64,000 nucleotides of DNA, taken from NCBI GenBank assembly GCA_965552055.1, contig CBEVQO010000010.1, positions 1 to 64,000 of the forward strand, written 5' to 3'. Positions within the stretch are counted from its first letter, which is position 1, and every line of letters starts with the position of its first letter. This stretch comes from an uncultured bacterium. GTDB taxonomy: Bacteria; Hydrothermota; UBA3073; NMUJ01; CBEVQO01. Positions 8,742-19,762 of this stretch are shown piece by piece. Both the position numbers and the translations under genes were made by a program. A model generated the notes under the pieces. That model made no database searches and was not told the origin of the DNA. It saw only the letters and a list, made by a program, of their open reading frames with translations.

Positions 8742-9881
8742 ATGGCTAAAGTTTATGATTGTGTAATTATAGGTGGTGGAGTTGTTGGCTGTGCCACTGC
8801 TTATTATCTTGCAAAGAAAGGGTTAAAAGTTTTGCTTTGTGAGAAAAAATATCTATGTGCCGGTGCTACAGGTAGATGTGGCGGTGGTATTCGTCAGCAA
8901 TGGTCAACCGAAGGAAATACTTTGCTGGCAATGGCGAGCAGGAAAATTTTTGAAAATTTATCGGAAGAACTCGAAACAGATATTGATTATGTGCAGGGTG
9001 GATATCTAATTCTTGCATATACCGATGAAGAAGCAGAGCGCTTTAAGAAAAATGTAGAAATGCAAAAAAGATTGGGTCTCGAAGTCGAATATTTATCACC
9101 TGAAGAAGCACAAAAAATAGTGCCTTTTTTAAATCTCGAAGGCGTAAAATCCGCGACATTCTGTCCAACAGATGGTCATGCAAATCCTTTTAAAGTGACT
9201 TATGGATATGCAGAAGCAGCAAAAAGATTGGGTGCAGAGATAATGGTGGATACAGAAGTAATAGGCATAAAGGTTAAAAAAGGCAGGGTAGAAAGTGTTT
9301 TAACAAACAGGGGCGAATTTATCACTGCTAATGTTGTAAATGCTTCAGGTGGTAGTGCACGCATTATAGCACAAATGGTGGGAATCGATATACCATGCAC
9401 TCCTTATCGTCACGAAATATTTGTAACAGAGCCATTAAATCCACTTTTCGATACGATGGTGATATCTTTTGATGGCAATTTTTATTTTCGTCAGGCAAAA
9501 GATGGCGGAATAATGGGAGGACAGGGCACACCCGATGAGAAACCAGGTGAAAATTTAAGGTCATCTTTTAAATTTTTCAAAGATTTTGGTAATAAATTAA
9601 GGAGATTGCTTCCCAAACTTGGTGATGTCAAAATAGTTCGTCACTGGGCAGGGTTATACACGATGACACCCGATGCTCAGCCGATAATCGGTAGTGTGGA
9701 TGAGGTTTCTGGCTTTTATCAGGCAGTGGGCTTCAGTGGACATGGCTTCATGGTAGCACCTGTGACCGCAAAAATACTTTCGCAGATAGTAGCAGGAGAA
9801 GAACCAGAAATGTCTCTAAAAAGTTTCTCATATAAGAGATTTAAGGGCAAAATTGAGATAAAAGAGAAATCGGTTGTTTAA
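8742..9881 (+). CDS. FAD-dependent oxidoreductase (sarcosine oxidase beta / proline dehydrogenase beta-like)
   Basis: IIGGGVVG Rossmann motif, GATGRCGGG, WAGLYTMTPD, GFSGHGF. Confidence 0.9.
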   Translation: MAKVYDCVIIGGGVVGCATAYYLAKKGLKVLLCEKKYLCAGATGRCGGGIRQQWSTEGNTLLAMASRKIFENLSEELETDIDYVQGGYLILAYTDEEAERFKKNVEMQKRLGLEVEYLSPEEAQKIVPFLNLEGVKSATFCPTDGHANPFKVTYGYAEAAKRLGAEIMVDTEVIGIKVKKGRVESVLTNRGEFITANVVNASGGSARIIAQMVGIDIPCTPYRHEIFVTEPLNPLFDTMVISFDGNFYFRQAKDGGIMGGQGTPDEKPGENLRSSFKFFKDFGNKLRRLLPKLGDVKIVRHWAGLYTMTPDAQPIIGSVDEVSGFYQAVGFSGHGFMVAPVTAKILSQIVAGEEPEMSLKSFSYKRFKGKIEIKEKSVV

Positions 9882-9929
9882 TTTTACATTTCCACTTGAC
9901 AAATTGTCATTTTGATTAAAATATAGTGT

Positions 9930-10001
9930 GGCGGCGTAGCTCAGCGGTAGAGCATCGCATTCATAATGCGAGGGTCGGGGGTTCGAATCCCTCCGCCGCC
10001 A
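9930..10001 (+). tRNA. tRNA-Met (CAT), probably elongator; CCA not encoded
   Basis: Acceptor ggcggcg/cgccgcc; anticodon arm tcgca-ttCATaa-tgcga; GTTCGAAT T-loop. Ile2 identity not excluded. Confidence 0.9.
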
Positions 10002-10970
10002 TTATAGGGCACTTAAAATTTCTTCAAGAGTAACGGGCACAGCTCCCAGCTTCCCGACCTTTATACCTGCTGCAATGTTGCCAATATAACTTGCTTCAAA
10101 GAAATTCGCACCTGCACACAAAGAAAGTGTTATCGCTGCAATAGCTGTATCACCGGCACCTGTTACATCATAAACTTCTTTTGCCTTGTTCTTTATCCTG
10201 TAAAAGCCATCTTCTGTAAAAAGTGCCATTCCTTCTGCACCCATTGTTATCAAAAGTGCCTTGCATTCCAGCACCTTCCTTAAAGATTTGCCCTCTTCTT
10301 CAACATTATCTGCCGATAATATTTTGCGTGCTGCCCATTCGGCTTCTTTGCGATTGGGTTTCACTATCGTAAAACCTTTGTATTCAAAAAAATTACGATA
10401 TTTGGGGTCAGCTACAAGTATTTTATCAACGGATATCGCTTTGACCCGCGAAATTAAATCCCCATCTATCACTCCCTTATCATAATCCTCAAACAATATG
10501 GCATCAATTTCTCCCATCAATGCAGTTACAAAATCAATTATCTTATCTTTTAAGGCATCCGGAATTATTTCTGTTTTTTCTTTATCAACCCTTACAACCT
10601 GCTGATGATGTGCTATTATTCTTGTTTTCGTGGTAGTCGGTCTATCTTCTGTTTCAAACAATCCTTCTACATTTATGCCTTTTTCTTTTAACAAATTTTT
10701 TAACTTCTCACCTTCTCTATCTTTTCCTATTATTCCAACAGGAATGGGTATTCCTTTCATCTCCTTTATGTTATTCACGACATTAGCTGCTCCCCCTGGA
10801 TTTGAAATTTCCTTCTTTACTTCAACAACAGGAACAGGAGCCTCCGGTGATATGCGGTTAACTTCACCAAAGATATAATGGTCGAGCATCATATCTCCGA
10901 TAACGAGTATCTTTTTACCTTCAAAATTCCTGACTATCTCTTTTATCTTATCTTTATGAACTTCACACAT
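10002..10970 (-). CDS. rfaE1: D-glycero-beta-D-manno-heptose-7-phosphate kinase
   Basis: RISPEAPVPVV, PGGAANV, VYDVTGAGDT. Confidence 0.9.
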   Translation of the reverse strand: MCEVHKDKIKEIVRNFEGKKILVIGDMMLDHYIFGEVNRISPEAPVPVVEVKKEISNPGGAANVVNNIKEMKGIPIPVGIIGKDREGEKLKNLLKEKGINVEGLFETEDRPTTTKTRIIAHHQQVVRVDKEKTEIIPDALKDKIIDFVTALMGEIDAILFEDYDKGVIDGDLISRVKAISVDKILVADPKYRNFFEYKGFTIVKPNRKEAEWAARKILSADNVEEEGKSLRKVLECKALLITMGAEGMALFTEDGFYRIKNKAKEVYDVTGAGDTAIAAITLSLCAGANFFEASYIGNIAAGIKVGKLGAVPVTLEEILSAL

Positions 10971-13900
10971 TTTCTACCCCCCTCTGGCATTACAAAATAT
11001 ACACCCACAGGTAATTCCTTAACATCTATTTCCTCGCGAGAATATCTTAATTTTATCTCTTTAATTTTTCTTCCGCTAACATCGTAGATTTTTATTTTCT
11101 TAACATTTTTAGAAATAACGAGCAATTTATCACCTGTTATTGTTGGTAATATTTTTATAATCTTTTTAATGTTTGCACCATTTATGTGAGATTCCTGCAT
11201 TGTTGTTTCCTCATCGAAAGGTATGAATCCGTATTGTCCTGTGTGCCATCTATCGTGCATGAAAGAGCCCCATTCTATTTTGCCTCTATCGAGTTTCCAG
11301 ATATAAAGGAAATTCGAATAAGTCAATACACATAGCTCGTTCCTTTCATCTCCATCCATATCGAGAATAAATGGAGAAGGGGTTACAAATCCGTTAACAT
11401 CTATGGGGAAGCCATGTGCCACTGAGCCATCAGGCTTTATAGCATATACCTTTTGTGATAAAAATGTCCCTATTATGATTTCAAGAGTATCATCTCCATC
11501 TACATCTGCCACTAATGGTGAGGAGAAAGTTGAGCGCTCATATTGTTTTATTTCAAAAGGAAAGCCATGTAATGTATCGCCCTTATAATTCCACACCCAC
11601 AAATTATCTTTATCTGCCTGTATTATCTCGAGTCTGCCATCTTTGTTCAAATCAGCTATCACAGGCGGAGATGTATGCTCCATATCACCATAAAATACCA
11701 CTTTCTTCGGGAAGTTATTGAAAAGCTCACCTTTACTGCTTATGAGATAGACATAACCCGTTAAATTACCCGTTGATGCCCAGTTATTCGTAGCAGTTAC
11801 CACTATCTCCAATCCATTATTTTTATTTCCATCGACATCTCCAACAGCAAGACCAATTGGAGTTGCAACAGGATTTAAGAATGCAAACGGAAAACCTTCT
11901 TCTCTTTCACCATTCGCATCAATAACATAAAGAGATTCGACACCCGGAATCACGAACTCATACACACTATCATCGTCTATATCAGCAACTACTGCACACG
12001 CATTATGACTGCCAGATACTGACTTTGTAAAACTCATCAGCAATTCACCTTCACATGAATAAACAAGCATTTTAGATTTGCCATTCACTATTATTTCAAG
12101 AGTAGAATCACCATCTATATCGAAAAGCACAGGTGATGCCCAGTAGAAGCCCTGAGATGGCAAAGGAACAGGGAAACCGGGTTCATTTTCGCCAGTCATT
12201 TTGTATACAAATAAACTGCAAGCATCAATCCATGAAGGTATTATCACTATCTCTTTTATACCATCTTTATCAATATCACCTATGGCAGGAGTATTCCAGT
12301 TACTCCCGCTTATCTCGCCTATTTTTCTATAGCTACCATCATACGAAAATATATAAACTTCATTTTCATTAAGCAAAACTATTTTGTCCCTATAACATGC
12401 TATACCTCCCCATGGTAGATATCCACTCCAGTATCTCCATTCTCTGACGAGCTCGGGATTTGTTCTGAAAAGATATTTCACTGGATAACTCTCGTTATAA
12501 TCACTATCCACCGCTGTTATCTCAAAACTGTAAAATTCCCAGTTCCTAAGACCTTTTATCTCAAATATCGTGCCACTTATTGGCTCTTTATTTAACTTCC
12601 TCTTACCTTCATATACATTGTAATATAAAGCATTAACGGGCTCCCACATTATTGTTAATTTATCGTATGACGGAAGATAAAAAACATCAAGGGTCTCATA
12701 CTTCGCTTGCTTCACAAGCATCGTATCAAGTCCCGAATACTTACCATTATATTCCATATACATATACAAATTAAAAGGAGGTCCTATCCTGATAACCCTA
12801 AAACCACTATCTATTAAAGTATCCTTACAGGCTTCTAAATATCCGAGATATTTTACGGTATCAATTATAAATACTCCACTATATTTATCTGCACATAAAA
12901 CCAGTTTGATACTTTCTGCTCCAAAATTTCCCTCATTTTTTATCCTTGTACTCAAAAATAATCCATCCCAGCGTATCTCTTTTACTTTAAGCAAAGGATA
13001 ATAAACTTCGAAATAAATCGTATCTACTGTTGTATCTGAGTAAATCATTTCGATTATCAATTGATTAATTTTTCGCTCTTTTTTAACAAGTAAATCAAAA
13101 GTACTCTGGAATGCGGTATCACCCGATAATACAGAGATAAATTTCACACTATCCATTAATTCTATCAGTGTGTCGGATTTTATCTTCAAATAAAGATTTT
13201 TAACTGTATCTTCGCCCTCTTTTTCTATCTTTAAATGTAGGGATAATGTTTCGAATGGCTCTGCTACGCCATTTTCGTATCCCTTTTCATTTATATAGAA
13301 TGACTTTACTTTTAATGCAACCCCTCTTTTACTGCACGCCATTTTTCTTTCAAACAATTTATATCCCGGCTTAAATACTATGAGAAAAACTGTATCGCAA
13401 GCAAGAACTGTTTTAAATTCAACATATCCATAATCATCTGTCAATCCACGAACATAATTATCATTTGCTTTTAAGGTAACAAAAGCATCTTTTACAGGCT
13501 GTCCAAAATTATCCTTAACATTTATTTTGATGTCATTATAACCAAGGTAAATAGTATCGGGATAGTTTACACAAAAACTCAATTTTATGGAATCCGGATT
13601 AACACTTATGAGTGGCTCTCCAAGTAAATTCCTGCTAAGATGTGTAAATCTCAAATTACTGTAAGTAGTACTCAGTGGCTCTAATTTTACTTTTACATAA
13701 AAATGAATATCTCCGAGCAATCTTATATCTTTCTGGAAAATCGCATTTGCGAATTCTCTCATATAATAATTCACAAAAGCACGGGGATAATCCCATCGCG
13801 ATGCTCCTATAAAAGCAATTGCATTGTCTTTCCCTCTTATTATATATCTACCGAGACAATCCTTATCTATAGCACACGGCCAGCATGAACATATTATCCA

Positions 13901-14932
13901 TATCGAAGGATTATGGGATAAACATTGCATATCATAATTTGTAAACATATGCTCTGAACCCGCACCCCATACCATTTTGTCAAATTCACCATGCATTATA
14001 CCAACAAAAAATTTAACGCCCCTGTTTAAACTATCTATAACCTCCATCTTATCGTAATCACCGTTATATCCATTGTACAATTTCACTTTCCTGTACCATT
14101 CCGGGAAATAGCTTCCTATTGTATCACATCCGTTCACCGCCGTAGCAGGAGGGAGACCTGGCAATGGATATTGTGCCAGCATAAGTAAATCAATGGTATT
14201 GTCTGCATCTTCTTCGTAATACTTAATCTTCTGATAATACTCAAGCACCTCTTCTTCAGTATTAAACGGCAATCTACCGACCGCGATATCGGGTAACAGG
14301 TGGACAACATCCGTTAATTCTCCCAGATAATAATCCCCATCGTAATTCCATTCTTCATCTAAGCATGCAAAATACAAATCCGAGGGAGCCATCTGCTCGT
14401 GATATATCCCCGAGTAAGGAGGAAAATAACAGAGCCTTACAGGAACTATTTTGTAATCACCACCAAGCAAAACATAACTTATCCCCCAGTATTTGTATGC
14501 GTCTATCAAAAAGTTCCTTATTTTATCTGCAAGGTCAAAACCTGAGTAATTTTGTGAAATCCATTCAACTGTCCTTATGGTAGCCACAAAACCTTTACGC
14601 TCAACCCATGCTTTTATGGAGTCAAAAGCATTTTTTAACTCGTTATTCGTTATTATCACATAATCACAGGGTGAATCCCCAATGGAAGGTTTTTCACTCA
14701 AATTTTTCTTTAAATACTCAACTCTTTCTCCTATTTCGACATCTTCACCTGTTAACGCTTTTATCATCTTTTGACGACGCAATCTAAAATAAAGTCCTTC
14801 ATTTCTAACAAAAGAATTTTTCTCGCTCAATATATATCTAAACTCTTTCTCAGAGATTTTATCTACCTTAAAATCATATCCCAAAAATTTTCCCTTACCA
14901 CATATTACAAATATTGAGAAAAGTAAAATCAT
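10943..14932 (-). CDS. Peptidase C25 (gingipain-like) with FG-GAP repeats and T9SS-type C-terminal sorting domain
   Basis: YVLLGGD, PSDLYFACLD, VGRLP, MHG...SCW dyad, GDIDKDG/ADVDGD repeats, IKIYDVSGRKI...LPVGVYFV. Confidence 0.85.
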   Translation of the reverse strand: MILLFSIFVICGKGKFLGYDFKVDKISEKEFRYILSEKNSFVRNEGLYFRLRRQKMIKALTGEDVEIGERVEYLKKNLSEKPSIGDSPCDYVIITNNELKNAFDSIKAWVERKGFVATIRTVEWISQNYSGFDLADKIRNFLIDAYKYWGISYVLLGGDYKIVPVRLCYFPPYSGIYHEQMAPSDLYFACLDEEWNYDGDYYLGELTDVVHLLPDIAVGRLPFNTEEEVLEYYQKIKYYEEDADNTIDLLMLAQYPLPGLPPATAVNGCDTIGSYFPEWYRKVKLYNGYNGDYDKMEVIDSLNRGVKFFVGIMHGEFDKMVWGAGSEHMFTNYDMQCLSHNPSIWIICSCWPCAIDKDCLGRYIIRGKDNAIAFIGASRWDYPRAFVNYYMREFANAIFQKDIRLLGDIHFYVKVKLEPLSTTYSNLRFTHLSRNLLGEPLISVNPDSIKLSFCVNYPDTIYLGYNDIKINVKDNFGQPVKDAFVTLKANDNYVRGLTDDYGYVEFKTVLACDTVFLIVFKPGYKLFERKMACSKRGVALKVKSFYINEKGYENGVAEPFETLSLHLKIEKEGEDTVKNLYLKIKSDTLIELMDSVKFISVLSGDTAFQSTFDLLVKKERKINQLIIEMIYSDTTVDTIYFEVYYPLLKVKEIRWDGLFLSTRIKNEGNFGAESIKLVLCADKYSGVFIIDTVKYLGYLEACKDTLIDSGFRVIRIGPPFNLYMYMEYNGKYSGLDTMLVKQAKYETLDVFYLPSYDKLTIMWEPVNALYYNVYEGKRKLNKEPISGTIFEIKGLRNWEFYSFEITAVDSDYNESYPVKYLFRTNPELVREWRYWSGYLPWGGIACYRDKIVLLNENEVYIFSYDGSYRKIGEISGSNWNTPAIGDIDKDGIKEIVIIPSWIDACSLFVYKMTGENEPGFPVPLPSQGFYWASPVLFDIDGDSTLEIIVNGKSKMLVYSCEGELLMSFTKSVSGSHNACAVVADIDDDSVYEFVIPGVESLYVIDANGEREEGFPFAFLNPVATPIGLAVGDVDGNKNNGLEIVVTATNNWASTGNLTGYVYLISSKGELFNNFPKKVVFYGDMEHTSPPVIADLNKDGRLEIIQADKDNLWVWNYKGDTLHGFPFEIKQYERSTFSSPLVADVDGDDTLEIIIGTFLSQKVYAIKPDGSVAHGFPIDVNGFVTPSPFILDMDGDERNELCVLTYSNFLYIWKLDRGKIEWGSFMHDRWHTGQYGFIPFDEETTMQESHINGANIKKIIKILPTITGDKLLVISKNVKKIKIYDVSGRKIKEIKLRYSREEIDVKELPVGVYFVMPEGGRKCVKFIKIR

Positions 14933-16569
14933 AATTCTTCAAAGGTATCTGCTATCACTTCGAGCTGTAACAACCTTATCCATTTTGTTTCACCCGGAGC
15001 AAAAACATGCATATCAATAACATAAAACCTTTTATCAGTAGAGAAAAAGTAAGTAACAAAAGGACCTCCCATAACCTCTTTATCATTTTGCCAGATGCCT
15101 TCCATCTTTTGAGCATAAAATCCCTTAAATTTGACATAGTAAAATTTTAAATCTTTCTCATAAACAAAATCCCCATTATAATAATTTTTACCTATATAAT
15201 TCCGCAAAGCAATCGCTTCTTTTTTGGTTAAATATCTTTTTCTGGGCTTGCCTTCCCAATAAATAGAAATTACTCTATCGGGAAAGTGCCTTATTATCTT
15301 TATGAAATTAAAAGTATCTTTCGCAACAATCCAGCCATATGGTATTTTTATAGCAAAACCATATCTTGTAAGATGTTTAAAATGTAAATCCTCTCTAAAG
15401 CCCTTTTCATACATCATTTTTCTAAATCGCTCCATTATTTTCAAAATAAAATAATTTTTTATCATATCGCCCTTTTCTTTTATTATTTCTTTTAATTCAT
15501 CCTCATTATTTGCACCCACTATCAAAACAGATTGCCCTCGTATCCACATATCATCTTTTGAAAAAATGTTAGCTTCTCCTCTTTTTATCTTCTCCTTTAT
15601 TTCACGGGATAAAAGTGTATCAATTAAAGGTTCTCCAAGTTTCTCACAGATTAAAATATTTTTTCTGTATTTATAAATTCCAAAGTTTTCATCTGTTACA
15701 AATTTCAAAACAAATCTGTTCTCAGGCGACGGAGTATAAAGTATCTCTTCGAGTAACTGGCTCAGTAAATTTCTAACTTCTTTATTTGCTACACAAATTA
15801 TTTCTGTATCCTTGCCACCTGCTCGCGGAGGTAAAAGCTTGCACCCAGAGAAAAGCAATATAAATCCCAGGAAAATACAATAATATCCAAAATACTTAAA
15901 ACGACGATGAAGTGCAAATTTTATAACAATTTTTATGGCAAGCAAAGAAAAGACAAAAGATAATAAAATTGTCAAAATTATCTTTAAAATATGTATTTCC
16001 TTAATTTCTGGTAGTTCAAGCAAAGTAGCACCTCCAATTGCAGGAATGCCGAGCAAAAAGCCAAATCTACATGCCTCCTCACGCTTTACACCGCAAAAAA
16101 TACCAGTAGAAATAGTAACACCAGAACGAGAAATACCCGGAAAAACAGCTATAGACTGAGCAATCCCTATAATCAGAGATTTAACATAACTTAAACCATT
16201 TGAACTTTTGAAAAAATCAGAAAGTATCAAAAATGATGCGGTAATAAGTAAAAAAATTCCGGTAAAATAAACCCTTTCTATTTGACCTTCAATCCAGCTC
16301 TTCAAAAATAAACCGGTAAAGATACAGGGAACGGTACCTATCAGAATGTAAGTTAAATATCGTGGTTTTAAAACTTCTTTAAAATCTTTAAAATAAGCTA
16401 TCACTATTGCTATTAAACTCCCAAGATGCGCCATTACAGTTATGGTAAGCCATTTTTTGATATTCAAAATTTTGGAGAGTAAAAGCAAGTGCCCTGAACT
16501 TGACACAGGTAAAAATTCTGTTAATCCCTGGGTTATTGCTATCAAAATTATTTTGCCGTAATCTCCCAT
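14929..16569 (-). CDS. uppP: Undecaprenyl-diphosphate phosphatase fused to a C-terminal DUF4837-like domain
   Basis: QGLTEFLPVSSSGH and PGISRSG motifs; C-terminal 'EGIWQNDKEVMGGPFVTY...VFAPGETK'. Confidence 0.8.
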   Translation of the reverse strand: MGDYGKIILIAITQGLTEFLPVSSSGHLLLLSKILNIKKWLTITVMAHLGSLIAIVIAYFKDFKEVLKPRYLTYILIGTVPCIFTGLFLKSWIEGQIERVYFTGIFLLITASFLILSDFFKSSNGLSYVKSLIIGIAQSIAVFPGISRSGVTISTGIFCGVKREEACRFGFLLGIPAIGGATLLELPEIKEIHILKIILTILLSFVFSLLAIKIVIKFALHRRFKYFGYYCIFLGFILLFSGCKLLPPRAGGKDTEIICVANKEVRNLLSQLLEEILYTPSPENRFVLKFVTDENFGIYKYRKNILICEKLGEPLIDTLLSREIKEKIKRGEANIFSKDDMWIRGQSVLIVGANNEDELKEIIKEKGDMIKNYFILKIMERFRKMMYEKGFREDLHFKHLTRYGFAIKIPYGWIVAKDTFNFIKIIRHFPDRVISIYWEGKPRKRYLTKKEAIALRNYIGKNYYNGDFVYEKDLKFYYVKFKGFYAQKMEGIWQNDKEVMGGPFVTYFFSTDKRFYVIDMHVFAPGETKWIRLLQLEVIADTFEEL

Positions 16570-17438
16570 AATCTTATTTTACCGTCTTTACAGGCAGTTA
16601 TCAAATATTTGCCATCGGGCGAAAAATCAATATCTCTTATCCAATCCGGATGTTTTAATTTTTCAACGACTTTATCTTGAGACATATCATAAAGCCAAAC
16701 TTCACCAGCCCATCCACCAAATGCCACAACATTCTTAACAGGTGAAAATTTAACACATTCAATAACTTTTGGATATTCTATTTCTTTTATTACTTTTCCT
16801 TTTTTCCAATCCCATATTTTCAAAATACAGTCACTCCCTCCTGTTGCCAGATATTTTCCATCTTTCGAAAAGCTAATTGCATTTACCCAGTTCTTATGCT
16901 CACCGAGTAGTTTTATCTTCTCCCTCTTTTCAACATCCCACAGAAATATTCTTTTATCCGCACTCCCTGATGCAAGTATTTTGCCATCAGGCGTAAATGA
17001 AAGTGCCTTAACAACCCAAGAATGACCTTTTAAAGAACCAATCTCCGAAAATGTATCAATATCCACAAGTGTTATTTTACCATTTTCATCACCAAAAGCA
17101 AGTATTTTACCATTTGGAGAAATAGCAAGAGACCATACTCTACTTTTTTGCTTAAATTCTTTCTTACAAATTACTGCTTTCCATATTTTCACCGTTTTAT
17201 CATTTGACGCAGATATCAAATATTTACCATCGGGAGTAAATTCCACATCATTTACATAGTGATTATGCGCCTTTATTTCTGTTAGCTTTGTCAATTTTGT
17301 GCTCCATTCTCTTATCATGTTATCGTATCCGCCTGATGCTATTATTTTGCCATCAGGAGAAAATGCAACACATTTCGCCTGCATATCATGTGCTTTCACT
17401 TCCAAAACACAAATTAAGATGCTACTTAGTATCAACAT
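16548..17438 (-). CDS. Exported WD40 repeat protein
   Basis: Repeated FSPDGK...ASG.D..IKIWD units. Confidence 0.9.
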   Translation of the reverse strand: MLILSSILICVLEVKAHDMQAKCVAFSPDGKIIASGGYDNMIREWSTKLTKLTEIKAHNHYVNDVEFTPDGKYLISASNDKTVKIWKAVICKKEFKQKSRVWSLAISPNGKILAFGDENGKITLVDIDTFSEIGSLKGHSWVVKALSFTPDGKILASGSADKRIFLWDVEKREKIKLLGEHKNWVNAISFSKDGKYLATGGSDCILKIWDWKKGKVIKEIEYPKVIECVKFSPVKNVVAFGGWAGEVWLYDMSQDKVVEKLKHPDWIRDIDFSPDGKYLITACKDGKIRLWEITAK

Positions 17439-19725
17439 TTTCTCCCTCCTCTTTTAATGCCTCTCTTGGCACAAGCACTTCCCTTGCTTTACTACCCACA
17501 TAAGGACCCACAATTCCTGCTTTTTCAAGCTGGTCAATCAATCTGCCTGCTCTTGCATAACCAATCTTGAAATGACGCTGCAATAAAGAAACAGAAGCTG
17601 TCTGATGCCTTATCACAAGCTTTTTGGCTTCTTCAAATAAGGGGTCTAACTCTTCTGATAATTCCTCTTTCTTCTCCCCTATTTTCACCGTTATCTCTGG
17701 AGTTTTATAATACTCAATATGCATTAATTTTTCCATTAACTCATCTTTATCTATTCCATTTTCTTCTGCATATCTTTTGCAAAAACTTTCTATCCTTTCG
17801 ATTCCTCCTGGTATTCTTCCTTTATAAATAAGTGCATCTATTAAATCTTCTTCCACTATTTTTTGTGCAAGTTTCCTGTCTCCCGTTAATCTTTCAAGAT
17901 AGGCTCTTGCCCAGATACCTGCAAGGGTTTTAGCTTCTTCGGTTGAGATATAAGCACCATGTAATCTTACAGGCGTGCCTTTGCCGGGTGGCAGGAAAAG
18001 CATATCACCTTTTCCAAGTAATTTTTCAGCACCTATCATATCGAGTATCGTGCGTGAATCTGAGCGCGATGCAACAAGGAAAGCAATCCTTGCAGGGAAA
18101 TTCGCTTTTATTAAGCCTGTTATTATATCAACCGAAGGTCTTTGCGTAGCAATCACTATATGTATTCCCACGGCTCTTGACATTTGAGCAAGTCGCGTTA
18201 ATATTTCTTCAATTTCACGCGGAGCAGTTAGCATCAAATCTGCAAGCTCATCAATAACTATAACGATGTAAGGCTTTTTCTTTTCTGCCTTCTTATTATA
18301 ATCTTCTATATCCCTGACAGCAAATTTTGCAAATTCTTTATATCTTGCTTCCATCCAGCAGAGCGCCTCTTTCAAAGCGTTAAGCGCCTCTTTGGGCTCA
18401 TTTATTACCGGCATAACAAGATGTGGAATCCCGTTATATATCGTCAATTCAAGTCTTTTCGGGTCTATCATCAGAAATTGCACCTCATCTGGCTTTGCAC
18501 GATACAATATACTTGCCACAAGTGCATTTAAACATACACTTTTGCCAGAACCCGTTGCCCCTGCAATCAAAAGATGCGGACACTCAGCAAGGTCAAAACA
18601 AAAAGATTCTCCAGATGTATCGTCTCCTATCGCAAATGTCAGTTTTGACTTTGAGTTTGTGAATTTCGGTGATACTAAAATCTTTTTTAAATAAACGGTA
18701 TATCTCTTCTTATTTGGAACTTCTATTCCAACAACGGATTTTCCTTCAATGGGTGCTATTCTGACGCTCCCCGATTTTAATGATAAGCCAAGTTCATCCG
18801 CAAGATTTACTATCTGATTTATTTTTATACCGGGTGCAGGTTCATATTCGTAACATGTTATAACAGGACCGTATCGTACATTTACAACTTTACCTTTTAT
18901 CCTGAATTCCTCGAGTCGATTCTCAAGTGCTTTTATCTTGCGAATAATCTCATCTTTGTCAACCTGATAGCTTACAGGCTCATGCAGAATCTTCAAAAAT
19001 TCTTTTTGTAAAGATTGTAAATCGTAATCTTCTTCAGCTTCCTTTACAGAAACTTCTTTCTCAACTTTTACTTCGGGTAATTTTTCTTTTTCTTCTTTCT
19101 CTTCTTCTTTTTCTTCTCTTTTCTCGATTATTACTTTTCTTTTCCTCTTTTCCTTTATTTTTCTTTTCTTTTTAGGTATTTTCAGTGGAATAACGGGTAT
19201 AAACAATGCTGTCAATATTATCCATCTACCGATATTTCCCATAAATTTCGTAAAGAAATAAAGAAGTTTTTCACCAACTATTCCTCCGTAATTTTTATCA
19301 AAATTCGAAAGTATGGTTGATAGCAAAATTGTCCCGAAAAATGTCCTTAAAGATATCTCTACTAATTTATCCTTTTTGTCATAAGGTGCTAATCCCCAGA
19401 TGATTAAAAGTGCAGGAATAAAATATCCTGTAAACCCAAAAGTCCACATTATAATTCGGGAGACAGCTGCTCCCATCAACCCACCCTTATTTTGTATATC
19501 CTGCAAAATCTTGAACCCAGTATAATCAGCAGGATTATAAGTTACAAGACTCAAAAGTATAAAAATACCGAGAGTCAACATTATGCCTCTCAAAAGCTTA
19601 TATTTCGCTTCTTCTGAGAGACTTAAAATTTTTTTATAAGATGCCCTTAAAATAGCGTATAACGCAAACAGTCCTGCTGCAATTATAACAGCGTAAAACA
19701 GGTATTCTAAAGTTTGATGTATCAT
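17422..19725 (-). CDS. ftsK: DNA translocase FtsK
   Basis: N-terminal TM segments, PHLLIAGATGSGKS, IVIDELADLM, ATQRPS, gamma domain SLLQRHFKIGYARAGRLID. Confidence 0.95.
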   Translation of the reverse strand: MIHQTLEYLFYAVIIAAGLFALYAILRASYKKILSLSEEAKYKLLRGIMLTLGIFILLSLVTYNPADYTGFKILQDIQNKGGLMGAAVSRIIMWTFGFTGYFIPALLIIWGLAPYDKKDKLVEISLRTFFGTILLSTILSNFDKNYGGIVGEKLLYFFTKFMGNIGRWIILTALFIPVIPLKIPKKKRKIKEKRKRKVIIEKREEKEEEKEEKEKLPEVKVEKEVSVKEAEEDYDLQSLQKEFLKILHEPVSYQVDKDEIIRKIKALENRLEEFRIKGKVVNVRYGPVITCYEYEPAPGIKINQIVNLADELGLSLKSGSVRIAPIEGKSVVGIEVPNKKRYTVYLKKILVSPKFTNSKSKLTFAIGDDTSGESFCFDLAECPHLLIAGATGSGKSVCLNALVASILYRAKPDEVQFLMIDPKRLELTIYNGIPHLVMPVINEPKEALNALKEALCWMEARYKEFAKFAVRDIEDYNKKAEKKKPYIVIVIDELADLMLTAPREIEEILTRLAQMSRAVGIHIVIATQRPSVDIITGLIKANFPARIAFLVASRSDSRTILDMIGAEKLLGKGDMLFLPPGKGTPVRLHGAYISTEEAKTLAGIWARAYLERLTGDRKLAQKIVEEDLIDALIYKGRIPGGIERIESFCKRYAEENGIDKDELMEKLMHIEYYKTPEITVKIGEKKEELSEELDPLFEEAKKLVIRHQTASVSLLQRHFKIGYARAGRLIDQLEKAGIVGPYVGSKAREVLVPREALKEEGENVDTK

Positions 19726-19762
19726 ACCATACTTAATTTACTTCTTTTCTCAAAATGTCAAG

